IMG/VR virus record: IMGVR_UViG_3300046779_001679
Location: 18,530 to 82,529 of that record
DNA length: 64,000 nt
Reading direction: 5' to 3' (one strand)
Source: a virus
Lineage: Duplodnaviria > Caudoviricetes
The notes below the pieces were generated by a model. The model was not told where the DNA came from. It searched no databases and saw only the letters and a program-made list of their open reading frames with translations. The position numbers were made by a program, and so were the translations under genes. Below, piece by piece: positions 53,524 to 63,243 of the stretch; positions within the stretch are counted from its first letter, which is position 1, and each line of letters starts with the position of its first letter.

Positions 53524-56500
53524 TTATCCGAATATTAATGAAGCAGTGATACCTAAATCATTTGCCTCTGATGTTGTTACACCGCCGCTTGCACCAGCAA
53601 CACTAGCCCAAGTAACTCCGTTATACACTTCAACTAATTGTAGGTCTGTATTAAAACGCATCATGCCCATTTCTGGAACTAGTGGTCGTTGAGTCTGTGT
53701 ATCCCCTGACGGAATAACAACACCGTTGTGTCCTGCAATTCTAACGTATCCTGTTCCCGATTCTAAAAACTCAGTAACGGCATTATTAACTACGTTAGTA
53801 ATTGTGTTATTGAACACCTTTAAGTTTCCTAATCTAACTCCGCCAGTACCTGATGTTGTTAGATTTAAATCACTATTAGTAGTAATAGGTGTAATTGTAT
53901 TACTGTAAATGTCAACGTTTGTAGTCTGGAATCTCTGTGCAAATAAACGGCTACTATCAATAGTTGCTGTTAAGTTGCCGTCGGCATAGAAGTATAATGT
54001 GTTGTCGTTGGCGCCAGGTGTTGCCTCTGCGAGTATTTTTGTATTTCCATCAACGTCTTCAAGACCGCTTAGACGTACCCAATAGCCGTTGTTATATGCT
54101 TCGTATCTTAATAAATCAGTGTTGTAACGAATTTGTCCGTTTGCGGCGTATCCTACATCAGGTCGCTGTGCTGTAGTACCAACTGCTACTTGTAGACTTT
54201 GATTGCTATCAATTACAACACCGCCGGTTCCTTGTGGTGTTAAGTAAATGCTTGAGTTAGGATTAACGCTGTTAATAGTGTTATCAGCAAACATAATACT
54301 TTCGGTAATAACATTACCTGTGCCATTTGCTGTTAATTTTAAATCAGTATTAGTAACAGTTGTGTAAATCTGATTACCAGTGATAGTAATTTGAGGTAGC
54401 TGTAAGTACCCAGATCCAGTTATATTGCCAGTTACTTCAGTATTACCGCTAGTTACAAAATCACCAGTTTGATTAATGTCACCTGTTTGGGTGATAGTGC
54501 CGTTAATCGACATATCTGTTAGATATGAAGTGCCGTATAATACTGAGAAATTCTGATCAACTGTTAAATTTTGATCAATGACTACATTGTTTGACGGGAT
54601 GAAAATTTCACCAGTGCCGTTTGCTGTTAATGTTAAATTATCGTTGTTTGCAGTTGTTTGAATTGTATTTGCATCGATAACTAAACTATCAATCTCTGCT
54701 CTACTAACAAAAACTGTGTTCCAACGTAAAAGATCAGTACCTAAATTGTAAGTTGCAGTAGCTGCCGGAATTAAGTTACTATTAATTTTAGCAACAAATG
54801 TAACAGTATCAGATGACTGGTCACCAATTTGAATGTTACCACCGATGTTAACATCACCAGTTACGTTTAACGTGCCGGTGACGTATGTATTGTTTTGTAA
54901 ATTAATAACACCGCTTGCTGCTGTTACATTAATATCACCAACAACGCTGTCAATATTGTTATCATGGATAACAATGTTTCCAGTTGTTATTTCTGTAGGA
55001 GTAATTGTAGTAGTGTTTACACCGTCAGTAAATGTTACGCCTGCAGGAGTAGTAATACTTAAATTCTGACTATTAAACTCAACGTCGCCTGTTTTCTGAT
55101 TGACAGAAAAATAGTTACCTACTTTAAAATTACCTTCATTGTCAACGCTAGTTCTATAAATGTGTGCGCCGTTTAGCTCAACAACCTCGTTAGCCGAAAT
55201 CCTATCATTAGGATCGTTAGTTGAAAGTTTACCACTGCCTACGTATGCAAAGTTCTGACTTACTAGGTATGCAATAACGCCAACACCGTCGCCGTATGCA
55301 CCGTAATTACCATAAACGTTAGCTGAACCAATTGCACGCATTTCTGCGCCAAAGTCTGAATAGTCTGCAAAATTAATAACACTTGCTGTTCCGCCAGCAC
55401 TTGTTCTTAAATCTTGATAAGTTATACCGTCGTCAAGAATAGTTGTAGAATTGTTTACGCCATTGAAGTGCAATAACAATACAGTTGATAAGTCACCAGT
55501 TAACGGAACGGTAGATACAGTAAAGTTTGATGTATATCTAGCAACACCTTTAGTGATTCTTACGTCATCGAAGTACCCAGTAAATGCAAAATTTCCGTTA
55601 GGGTCTGCACCAATTCTTATAGGTCTTGCTGCATAACTATTGCTGTCAGCATAATTAGAACCAACTTGAACCCCGTTAACAAATGCTCTAGTTACACCTG
55701 CACTTCTTGCTAACGAAATGTGTGTCCATGCATTAATTGGTACAGATCCTACAGGGCCAATGCGATAGTTTCCATTGAAGAAAAAGTACAATGCATTTAT
55801 GTCTGATAAGCCTAATATAATACCGCCAGTGTCACCTGTTGATGATCGTAAATCAAAAATTGTTCTATAAGTGCTGGTTGCTGTAGGGTATAAAAATGCT
55901 TCAATACAAAAATCACCTGTTCCAAATTCAAAATCTGTACTGCTTGTGTATGTAATATAATCACTAGAACCGTCTAATGCTAAACTAGAAACACCGAATT
56001 TATATTGGGCTGTTGATAATTTTGCATCGCCATTGACTGTTGCTGTTTTTCCTACACGGTCAGTAATTGTTTCAAATCCATCACGCTTGCCAGTTAAGTT
56101 AAAATAATCACCATCAATACTTTCAATGGTACCAGATGCAAGGACTGTAGTCCCATCAGTATCATAGTAAGAAACAGTATTTCCAACAGCCCAAGTTCCT
56201 GAACGATTGTCAATTCTTAATCGAGTAAGACCTGCACCTGCAAAACCATCATTGCTAGTATATAAGTAAAGACCTTTATCTGCAAAATAGGTAAACGAGT
56301 TTAACCACTCAATTCTTGCACCGTTAGTTGCGCTAATAGCAGTTCTATTAGGAGTAATAAATGTCGAAGAGTGGAAAAGCATTGATGCTTCTCTAGAAGT
56401 AGAGTTAGCATATGCTCCGTCGATATACGCTCCTTTACCAGCGTCGCCTGCATCAAAACCGTATGGATCCGAAACGCTAGTTGTGCTGCCTCTTGTAATT

Positions 56501-57816
56501 ACTGTAATATTTCGAATATAAGGACTACGTGTTGTTACAACAAAGTCTGTTGCAAAACGGAATGCATATCCGTTATCGGGGAATACTCGTGTTCCGCCGT
56601 TACAGCTAAACGTTAAGTTTGATAAAAATATTGTTAAGCCAGTTGCGTCAGGTCCGGCATGTGTTAAAACTACTGCACCTGTCGTATGATCGTATGTTGC
56701 ATTTGTAATAGCATAGTTGGTGCCGCTAATATTAATTGTGCCACCACTCACATATGCATGTGCAAATGGGGCTGTTCCAACATTGATAGTTGTAGATCCG
56801 GCACTTGCTGTTACTACTGAAAAATAATTTCCGCCGCTAAAGAAATCAGTAATTGCTAAATCTTCAACTGTTGTTTCGCCGGTTACTAAGAACGCATCGT
56901 TATATCGTGTAGCAGTAGTTGGTTTAATAGTAACTGCTCTAATGCCAGCGCCTCGAACAGTAACGCCTTGTGGTACAGTTAAGGGGAACTCTTCCTCGTA
57001 AATTCCAGGATAAATGTAAACAGTTGATCCGGCTGTTGCTAAACTTAGCGCATGTTTAACTGTTGCTAATGGGTTATTTTCATGGACACCTGCGTTAGCA
57101 TTGTTACCATTTGTTGCAACATAATAGATATTTCCTTGCGGTAAAGCTAACTCAATGTTATCAACAATTAAACTATTAGATGTAATAGTGGTAGCAACAA
57201 TGTCCTGAATGTAGGATGTTTTCCACGATTTTCCGCCAGTTAACGGATCGCTACCTAAGTCGTATGTGTTTGTTATATCCGGTACAATATTACTGTTAAT
57301 ATCTGCATTAAAAACAATATTGTCAGTATTATCATCACCAATTTGAATATTACCGTCAGCAGTAATAGTTCCGGTTGCGTGCAAGTCACCGTTAACAAGA
57401 ACATTGCTATTGATGTTAACTTGGCCAGTGCCAGATGTTGCAATTGTTAAATTAGTATTAGCCGCAGTAGTACTGATTGTATCTTCAGTAATTTGCATGT
57501 TGTTGTTAACAACTAGCTTACCTTGATACAATACTCCGTTAGTGCCACTAGGCTCTAAACTAATTGTAGAATTTGTACTAGAAATTGTGCTACCGCTAAC
57601 TGTAAAGCTAGCAATATCTGCTTGTGTAGTAACTTCTAGATTTGTTGTACGGGTAGTCCCGTTGATTTGTAATTCAGTAGAAGGAGCCGCTGTCTTAACA
57701 CCAATACGGCCGTTAACAACGTCCAAATAGAGTAAGTCCGTCTCGAAGGCTAAGTTTGCCCCTTGTCGTAAGAGGTTTGCCTTTAAGAGCGGGCCCGTAA
57801 TTCGACCAACAGCCAT
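53524..57816 (-). CDS. Virion fibre/baseplate protein (1430 aa) with a beta-helix and a LamG/ConA-like insert
   Basis: GRI(T/S)GPLL..NLLR shared with 57975-61133; YYVATNGN..P.ATVKHAL, SPYIRN(I/V)T; LamG-like GDFCIEAF..WTHISLARS..FVNG..IG..F.GYFDDVRITKG.ARYTSNF at about 55470-56030. Confidence 0.8.
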   Translation of the reverse strand: MAVGRITGPLLKANLLRQGANLAFETDLLYLDVVNGRIGVKTAAPSTELQINGTTRTTNLEVTTQADIASFTVSGSTISSTNSTISLEPSGTNGVLYQGKLVVNNNMQITEDTISTTAANTNLTIATSGTGQVNINSNVLVNGDLHATGTITADGNIQIGDDNTDNIVFNADINSNIVPDITNTYDLGSDPLTGGKSWKTSYIQDIVATTITSNSLIVDNIELALPQGNIYYVATNGNNANAGVHENNPLATVKHALSLATAGSTVYIYPGIYEEEFPLTVPQGVTVRGAGIRAVTIKPTTATRYNDAFLVTGETTVEDLAITDFFSGGNYFSVVTASAGSTTINVGTAPFAHAYVSGGTINISGTNYAITNATYDHTTGAVVLTHAGPDATGLTIFLSNLTFSCNGGTRVFPDNGYAFRFATDFVVTTRSPYIRNITVITRGSTTSVSDPYGFDAGDAGKGAYIDGAYANSTSREASMLFHSSTFITPNRTAISATNGARIEWLNSFTYFADKGLYLYTSNDGFAGAGLTRLRIDNRSGTWAVGNTVSYYDTDGTTVLASGTIESIDGDYFNLTGKRDGFETITDRVGKTATVNGDAKLSTAQYKFGVSSLALDGSSDYITYTSSTDFEFGTGDFCIEAFLYPTATSTYRTIFDLRSSTGDTGGIILGLSDINALYFFFNGNYRIGPVGSVPINAWTHISLARSAGVTRAFVNGVQVGSNYADSNSYAARPIRIGADPNGNFAFTGYFDDVRITKGVARYTSNFTVSTVPLTGDLSTVLLLHFNGVNNSTTILDDGITYQDLRTSAGGTASVINFADYSDFGAEMRAIGSANVYGNYGAYGDGVGVIAYLVSQNFAYVGSGKLSTNDPNDRISANEVVELNGAHIYRTSVDNEGNFKVGNYFSVNQKTGDVEFNSQNLSITTPAGVTFTDGVNTTTITPTEITTGNIVIHDNNIDSVVGDINVTAASGVINLQNNTYVTGTLNVTGDVNIGGNIQIGDQSSDTVTFVAKINSNLIPAATATYNLGTDLLRWNTVFVSRAEIDSLVIDANTIQTTANNDNLTLTANGTGEIFIPSNNVVIDQNLTVDQNFSVLYGTSYLTDMSINGTITQTGDINQTGDFVTSGNTEVTGNITGSGYLQLPQITITGNQIYTTVTNTDLKLTANGTGNVITESIMFADNTINSVNPNSSIYLTPQGTGGVVIDSNQSLQVAVGTTAQRPDVGYAANGQIRYNTDLLRYEAYNNGYWVRLSGLEDVDGNTKILAEATPGANDNTLYFYADGNLTATIDSSRLFAQRFQTTNVDIYSNTITPITTNSDLNLTTSGTGGVRLGNLKVFNNTITNVVNNAVTEFLESGTGYVRIAGHNGVVIPSGDTQTQRPLVPEMGMMRFNTDLQLVEVYNGVTWASVAGASGGVTTSEANDLGITASLIFG

Positions 57817-57950
57817 TAGCTCTCCTTATACCCCGTGTTGCACGGTTAACCAATTTTGAAAGTAAGCGCGACCAAACTCTCGCATCCCGAAGGCTCTTTG
57901 CTGGTTTACCACAGTTTAATATCGGGAACTTAGGTCTAAGTTCCTCAGTA
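57817..57950 (-). ncRNA. Candidate structured 5' leader RNA (multibranch fold) upstream of the 1430-aa gene
   Basis: 8-bp hairpin, 13-bp outer stem, C(UUCG)G and GCGA/UCGC branches, and a competing CCGUG/CACGG hairpin, between a late box and the AAGGAG SD. Confidence 0.5.
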
Positions 57951-57954
57951 AAAG

Positions 57955-57962
57955 TATTTATC
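57955..57962 (-). promoter_or_regulatory. Late-promoter box GATAAATA
   Basis: Just after the stop of 57975-61133, heading the structured leader. Confidence 0.65.
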
Positions 57963-57974
57963 GCTTTTGGATTT

Positions 57975-60900
57975 TTAGCCCAGGATGAGGGCCCATTCGT
58001 CCATTATATCAAGGACTTCGTCTAGAGGTGCTGCGCCAGATGTACCAACCGCTGGAATCCAAGCAACTCCGTTAAACACTTCCATATATCCAATTTCTGT
58101 GTTATATCGGGTTTCTCCTTCTTCCGGAGTTAGGCGACGTTGGCTGTTATTACCATACGGTAATACTACTGCTCCTGTGCCCCCAAACTTGAACCAGCCG
58201 TTTCCTGTACTTTGAAGAACAAGTGCAGAATCAAGCGTATTTGTAATCGAGTTGTCTTTTAACAAAATGTTATTAACGTTAAGATACCCAGTGCCAGTTG
58301 GCTGAATTTCAGTATCGGCATTGATAATTCTGTTGTGTATAGTATTGTTAGAAATATCAAAATCACCAACACGAAGAGTTGCGTTAAACAGTTTTGTAGA
58401 GTCAATTGTTGATTTTACAACATCGTTAACTACAAATCTTAAAACGTTATCGTTTGACCCAACTGTTAGTTCAGGTGTAATATATGTCTTTCTGTCAGAA
58501 CTATACACGTTCCTAAATGCTTCGTTGCCGTACGATTGATAACCTTCGTACTGCCCAGTTGTGCTATTTTGTCTAATCTCACCCGCTGCTGACAACACTC
58601 TATTAGTGCTGTTTCCTATTGGCACTTGGATATATTTGTTAGAATATACAACAGTGTTGCCAACTCCTGTAGGCTTAAACACAATACTTTTTTGTAAGTC
58701 AGTTGTTGCACTTTGCCAAACGTTACTAATTGTGCTGTCTACAATTTTTAATCTATTATCAAGAACAACACCACCAGTTCCGTTTCCAGAAAATACAATA
58801 TTAGAATCTGTTGCTGTTGTTCTTATTTCGTTATCTTGAATAGTTATATCTGGTACTGAGAAATAAGATCCAGTGCCTGTAATAATAATATTATTATTAG
58901 AAAACAGACCTTGAATATAAGTGCTACCTGTTTGATCAATATTCCCTGTTAGTAACACATTTCCGCCGAGACTGATATCTCTTAAACTAGTTAATCCAGT
59001 AGCTGTAAAGTCAGAGTTAACAGCTAAGTCGTTACTAATCTTAACGTTTGATGTAGAAATAACTTGGCCTGTACCTGCTGCACTAAAAATCAAATTATTA
59101 TTGTTTTGATTAGTTGTAATAGTGTTGTTTGTTATTGTTACAATACCGTCTATATCTAACGAAGTATTGTACAAAGTATTCCACACATATGCTGTAGGAG
59201 ACTTAACACCTAAGTTGTAAGTGTTATTAGCACCAGGTTTAATATCTTGTGTCAACTGGGGGACCATTGTCACAATATCAAACTGTGTGTCGCCTAAAAA
59301 TACGTTTCCCTTAATAACAGCATCACCTGTTACAGTTGTAGAACCTGTAACATTAACAGTTGTGTTTAAGTAAGTACTGCCAGATGCTGCTGACAAGTTT
59401 GCAGGACCGATCAATGATTCAACAGTGTTATCGTGAATCTTGATGTTACCTGTTTGAATTTTAGTTGCATCAACAATTGTAAGTTGTCCAGGTCCTGATA
59501 ACGTAATGCTTCCAGTTGCGCTAAAATTAATAGACTGTGCGTTAAAAAATACATTACCAGTAGACTGTTCAACAAAGAATACATCACCTACGCGATAGTT
59601 ACCTTTATGGTCCATGCTATCGAAATAGATTTCACCGTTATTAAGTTTTACAATTTCATTGGCATGTATAGATAGCCTATCATCATTTTCGGAATTTGTG
59701 CCAGAACCTACATAGCCAAAATTATGACCAATTAAGTATCCTAACGTCTGGTCACCGTCTGCTACTGCTCCGTATATACCGTAGACGTTAGCACTGTTAA
59801 TTGAGCGCATTTCTGCACCAAACTTAACACCTAAACTAGCAAATCCTAGTGTCCCATTAGTTAAATGAATTCCTCTGTAGCAGAAGTAAGTAAAACTGTT
59901 TAACCATTCTACCCTAGAACCGTTTGTAGCAGTAATGCCATCGGCATTTGGAAGAATAAATGTAACAGCATGGAAAAGCATTGCTGCTTCGTAACTAGCT
60001 GGGTCAGAAACACTACCATCAACTAATGCACCTCGGCCTGCATCCAATACATCATTGCTAGTAATTACTGTTACATTCCTAATGTAGGGACTTCTTGTAG
60101 TAACTTTACACCCATTAGCAAATCTAAATGCGTAGCCAGTATTGTTTACTGAGTCATAGTAAAAGTTTTTTACTGTTAGATTTTCAACAGTTGTTTCACC
60201 ATTTAATAAAAACGCATCTTTATCATTTGTTAATGCTGTAGGAAGGATAGTAACTGCTCTAATTCCGTTGCCTGTAACTGTAACACCTTGAGGAACTGTT
60301 AATGGAAATTCTTCTTCATATGTTCCTGGAAATATGTAAACAGTGTCACCGGTGCTTGCAACAGACAATGCGTGCTTTAATGTCTTAAATGTTGAATGTA
60401 CGTGATCACCGTAGTTTGTATCTTTACCGTTAACACTTACATAATAAATGTTATTAGTTCTAAACAGTAGGTTGATATCATTTACAGTAACACTAGGTGT
60501 TGTAATAGTATTAGCAAATACCTGCTCAGAATATAAAGTTTTCCATTGCTTTAAATTTGTACCTAAATCAAAAGTATTGTTAACATTTGGTATTAAATCA
60601 CTAGCAAAGTCTGAGCTAAAATTAATATAGTCAGTGTTGTCACTACCAATAATAATATTGCCGTCAAAGGTTACATTACCAGTTGCATGTAAATTACCAG
60701 TAACGTTAACTTTTGATGTGTTAAAAACTGTTTGCCCAGTTCCATTAGGCGACAATTCAATGTTATCGTTAGCATTAATTGTCGAGACTGTTCGATTAAA
60801 AAAGTCTAACTTATTAGTTTGTAAATGCTTAGTTGATACTGTAGGATCAGATAATTGATCCGGAGTAATGGTAATAGAACCAGTTAAGTTCTGTATTTTA

Positions 60901-61133
60901 TTTGATACAAAAACTAAATCTGCGATGTTAGCTTTTGTATCAGCAATTAAATTTGTAGTAGTTGTTGTACCGTTAACTTCTAATTCTTTAGAAGGTGTAC
61001 TGGTCTTAATACCTACTTTACCAGAGTTTACATCTAAGTAAAGTAAGTCAGTTTCAAATGCTAAATCCGCTCCGTGGCGAAGTAAATTATTAGCAAGTAA
61101 CGGGCCACTTATTCTGCCTAGTTCTACGCCCAT
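57975..61133 (-). CDS. Virion fibre/baseplate protein (1052 aa), paralog of 53524-57816 without the LamG insert
   Basis: Shared N-terminus, YYVSVNG.D..STFKTLKHAL, SPYIRNVT, AEMRSI.SANVYG.YG, C-terminal G..R(Y/F)NT....EV(F/Y)NG..W. Confidence 0.8.
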   Translation of the reverse strand: MGVELGRISGPLLANNLLRHGADLAFETDLLYLDVNSGKVGIKTSTPSKELEVNGTTTTTNLIADTKANIADLVFVSNKIQNLTGSITITPDQLSDPTVSTKHLQTNKLDFFNRTVSTINANDNIELSPNGTGQTVFNTSKVNVTGNLHATGNVTFDGNIIIGSDNTDYINFSSDFASDLIPNVNNTFDLGTNLKQWKTLYSEQVFANTITTPSVTVNDINLLFRTNNIYYVSVNGKDTNYGDHVHSTFKTLKHALSVASTGDTVYIFPGTYEEEFPLTVPQGVTVTGNGIRAVTILPTALTNDKDAFLLNGETTVENLTVKNFYYDSVNNTGYAFRFANGCKVTTRSPYIRNVTVITSNDVLDAGRGALVDGSVSDPASYEAAMLFHAVTFILPNADGITATNGSRVEWLNSFTYFCYRGIHLTNGTLGFASLGVKFGAEMRSINSANVYGIYGAVADGDQTLGYLIGHNFGYVGSGTNSENDDRLSIHANEIVKLNNGEIYFDSMDHKGNYRVGDVFFVEQSTGNVFFNAQSINFSATGSITLSGPGQLTIVDATKIQTGNIKIHDNTVESLIGPANLSAASGSTYLNTTVNVTGSTTVTGDAVIKGNVFLGDTQFDIVTMVPQLTQDIKPGANNTYNLGVKSPTAYVWNTLYNTSLDIDGIVTITNNTITTNQNNNNLIFSAAGTGQVISTSNVKISNDLAVNSDFTATGLTSLRDISLGGNVLLTGNIDQTGSTYIQGLFSNNNIIITGTGSYFSVPDITIQDNEIRTTATDSNIVFSGNGTGGVVLDNRLKIVDSTISNVWQSATTDLQKSIVFKPTGVGNTVVYSNKYIQVPIGNSTNRVLSAAGEIRQNSTTGQYEGYQSYGNEAFRNVYSSDRKTYITPELTVGSNDNVLRFVVNDVVKSTIDSTKLFNATLRVGDFDISNNTIHNRIINADTEIQPTGTGYLNVNNILLKDNSITNTLDSALVLQSTGNGWFKFGGTGAVVLPYGNNSQRRLTPEEGETRYNTEIGYMEVFNGVAWIPAVGTSGAAPLDEVLDIMDEWALILG

Positions 61134-61146
61134 TATGCGCTCCTAA

Positions 61147-61881
61147 TTATCGATCAAACCCGTGTAGTACAGTAATAGGCTTTCCTATCATACTTGCATA
61201 GTTAGGATCAGAAGTAAAATTCAAATAGTATCCAGTAGCATTAAATGTTATTGGAGTACCAGCAAGAATGTTTCCGCCCGATACTGGGAGACTTAATGAT
61301 ACTGTAGTACCGTCAACCACTGTAGCTACAGTTCCCGATTGCAGATAAGGACTGCCGGTAACAATAGATCCGCTCGGAATAGTTGAAGTATCTGCAAATG
61401 ACAACGTTGTTGCTCCGTTATTAGAAGCAGCATCAGTACTTACGCCTGCGCTTGGGTTTTGTGTAATAACGTAGTTTGTGTTATAAATTTGAAAAACGTT
61501 TTCAATGAATACAAAAATATTTTGTCCGTTGAAGTTGTCATTTTCACTAGATACATTAGAAGGGTTATATGCAGCATTTAACGGGCCATAATAGTAACTA
61601 TAGCCGTCAATCGGACCTGCAGATTGTTGAATAATCTTTGTTGATTCTTTATAACGCAACGTTCTCCATGTTGCTGTTACACCAGAGTAGACTTCTACTT
61701 CATCAGTAGATGTATTGTATCTAATCATGCCATCAGTCTGAACTGCTGATAATGATCCACTGCTTTTAGGCAACACCATTGCATTGCTGTCTGCAACTGT
61801 GAACGTATTGTCAGTATTCAATGCAACACGACTATCGTAAATAGCCCTGCGATTTAAAGTTAATGTCTTTAAAAATCTCAT
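61147..61881 (-). CDS. Putative virion protein (start revised to 61881, MRFLKTLTL)
   Basis: Contains the GMIRYNT...EVY...W fibre-linker motif seen in the larger fibre proteins, and VFIENVFQI. Confidence 0.7.
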   Translation of the reverse strand: MRFLKTLTLNRRAIYDSRVALNTDNTFTVADSNAMVLPKSSGSLSAVQTDGMIRYNTSTDEVEVYSGVTATWRTLRYKESTKIIQQSAGPIDGYSYYYGPLNAAYNPSNVSSENDNFNGQNIFVFIENVFQIYNTNYVITQNPSAGVSTDAASNNGATTLSFADTSTIPSGSIVTGSPYLQSGTVATVVDGTTVSLSLPVSGGNILAGTPITFNATGYYLNFTSDPNYASMIGKPITVLHGFDR

Positions 61882-61883
61882 TA

Positions 61884-62201
61884 TTATACCGCCAATGTAC
61901 TTACTGTTGCTGTTAATCCTGATGCTGAACATACAGCTTTTAATTCGTCACTTGTGCTTAATACCATTTTCTCTTGATCAAAACTTACAGTGTCACCTGC
62001 TGGAACTGTTAATTGTTTTACAATCATATTTCCAACTGATGCTGTGCCACCGCCGGCTACTGCATAAAGAGATAATGTAAGATCTGTTGCACCTGTATTG
62101 CAAACAATGACAGTTGTGATTGCACGATTGCCCGACCCAGATGCTAGTGTGTCTGCACTAGCTTCTACCGTTGCTGTAATTTGTGTATTGTAAATTGCCA
62201 T
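61884..62201 (-). CDS. Small (105 aa) beta-sandwich virion protein, family member 3
   Basis: AITTVIVCN......L.LYAV....IVKQLTVPAGDT.....EKMVL...D.L.A. Confidence 0.65.
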   Translation of the reverse strand: MAIYNTQITATVEASADTLASGSGNRAITTVIVCNTGATDLTLSLYAVAGGGTASVGNMIVKQLTVPAGDTVSFDQEKMVLSTSDELKAVCSASGLTATVSTLAV

Positions 62202-62210
62202 GTTTGATCC

Positions 62211-63203
62211 TTAAAATAACATACTGAATAATAGTGCCCTATTCTTTGCTACTAGTTCATCTGCTGTAGTTGTATTTTTAAAGAACAGCCCTGTTTTTCC
62301 TGGGCCAGCAGTTGCTTGCGAATAGATTTTTGTTTTGTTTGGTGTTACTGCAACAGGTGCTGTTTGATCTGTTAGATCGAGCACTGAGTCAATTTCAACT
62401 TCATTTGACGAAGCTGATGTAATGATTAAATTAGATACTCCAGTATTTGTGATAGTATGGTTGTAAAAATTAATATCATCAACACTCAAACCGCTGCTAG
62501 TAATAATTGCTCGTTGATTAGATCCTGTAACCCCGCCAACGTAAAAAATTAAACTAGAAGTTGTTGCTAAAATTTCCGTATCGATTGTTACCGGAAGACC
62601 GTGCCCTTTATAAATTCTGTCAACGTCTGCCTGACCAGATACTACAACACTAGATGTAATGTAGTCGTATATAAATTGCTTGTTAGGAATAGCATTGCCA
62701 GACCCAGCAGTTACACGTAGTGAGTAACTTGAAGGATCTGCATTAACAATTTTAGCAACAACAGGTTCACCTTGCATGTCAAGGTTTAGGTCTGACCCGG
62801 AACCAGCTGCTACGCCAGATACTTGGATACCTGCTAATGTATTATCAGCAAATCGAAATACAAATGTACCTGGATCACTTAATTCTGTAATTTGATTATA
62901 ATGAGTTACAGTCTCATCAAAAACCATTTTTGCATTAGAATAGTCTCCTCTTTCGATCTCAATACCAGATTGATATCCTAAAGATGAACTAATACCGTTG
63001 CCAGTTTGTCCTTTGTTTAGTAGAATAATGTTATCTTCTACTTGCATGTCAGAAACGTTAATGTAAGTAGTGTCACCCCGGACTTCTAGGTCACCCGTAA
63101 TTACAACTTTACCCGGACTTGTCCCGGTGTCAAGCGTAATAATACCACCAGGTTGAACCTGTAGTCGATAGTTGTTTTCACTTACTTTTAGTATCTTTGA
63201 CAT
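62211..63203 (-). CDS. Putative virion fibre/baseplate protein (330 aa)
   Basis: V.ITGDL.V.G.TT......VEDNII.LN.G.....SGIEIERG beta-strand fibre pattern; ends RALLFSMLF. Confidence 0.7.
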   Translation of the reverse strand: MSKILKVSENNYRLQVQPGGIITLDTGTSPGKVVITGDLEVRGDTTYINVSDMQVEDNIILLNKGQTGNGISSSLGYQSGIEIERGDYSNAKMVFDETVTHYNQITELSDPGTFVFRFADNTLAGIQVSGVAAGSGSDLNLDMQGEPVVAKIVNADPSSYSLRVTAGSGNAIPNKQFIYDYITSSVVVSGQADVDRIYKGHGLPVTIDTEILATTSSLIFYVGGVTGSNQRAIITSSGLSVDDINFYNHTITNTGVSNLIITSASSNEVEIDSVLDLTDQTAPVAVTPNKTKIYSQATAGPGKTGLFFKNTTTADELVAKNRALLFSMLF

Positions 63204-63214
63204 TCGTAATCCTT

Positions 63215-63237
63215 AACAGGGGACCGAAGCCCCCGTT
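63215..63237 (-). other. GC-rich UUCG-tetraloop hairpin between genes, with no long U-tract
   Basis: AACGGGGGC-TTCG-GTCCCCTGTT, immediately 5' of the AAGGA SD of the next gene. Confidence 0.6.
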
Positions 63238-63243
63238 GATATA

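Noticed and set aside
57875-57912. Resemblance to a c-di-GMP-I (GEMM) riboswitch (GGUAAACC...GGGAUGC)
   Set aside because: The intervening sequence does not form the required GNRA-capped stem, and the second hairpin/receptor is not evident. Kept only as an unclassified structured leader.
3025-61932. Longer ORF-track starts for uvsX (3084), 4240- (5337), 5327- (7552), the SGNH-like gene (31735) and 61147- (61932)
   Set aside because: The extensions overlap upstream genes or hairpins; internal ATGs have the SD, late box or coupling signals, so the starts were revised.
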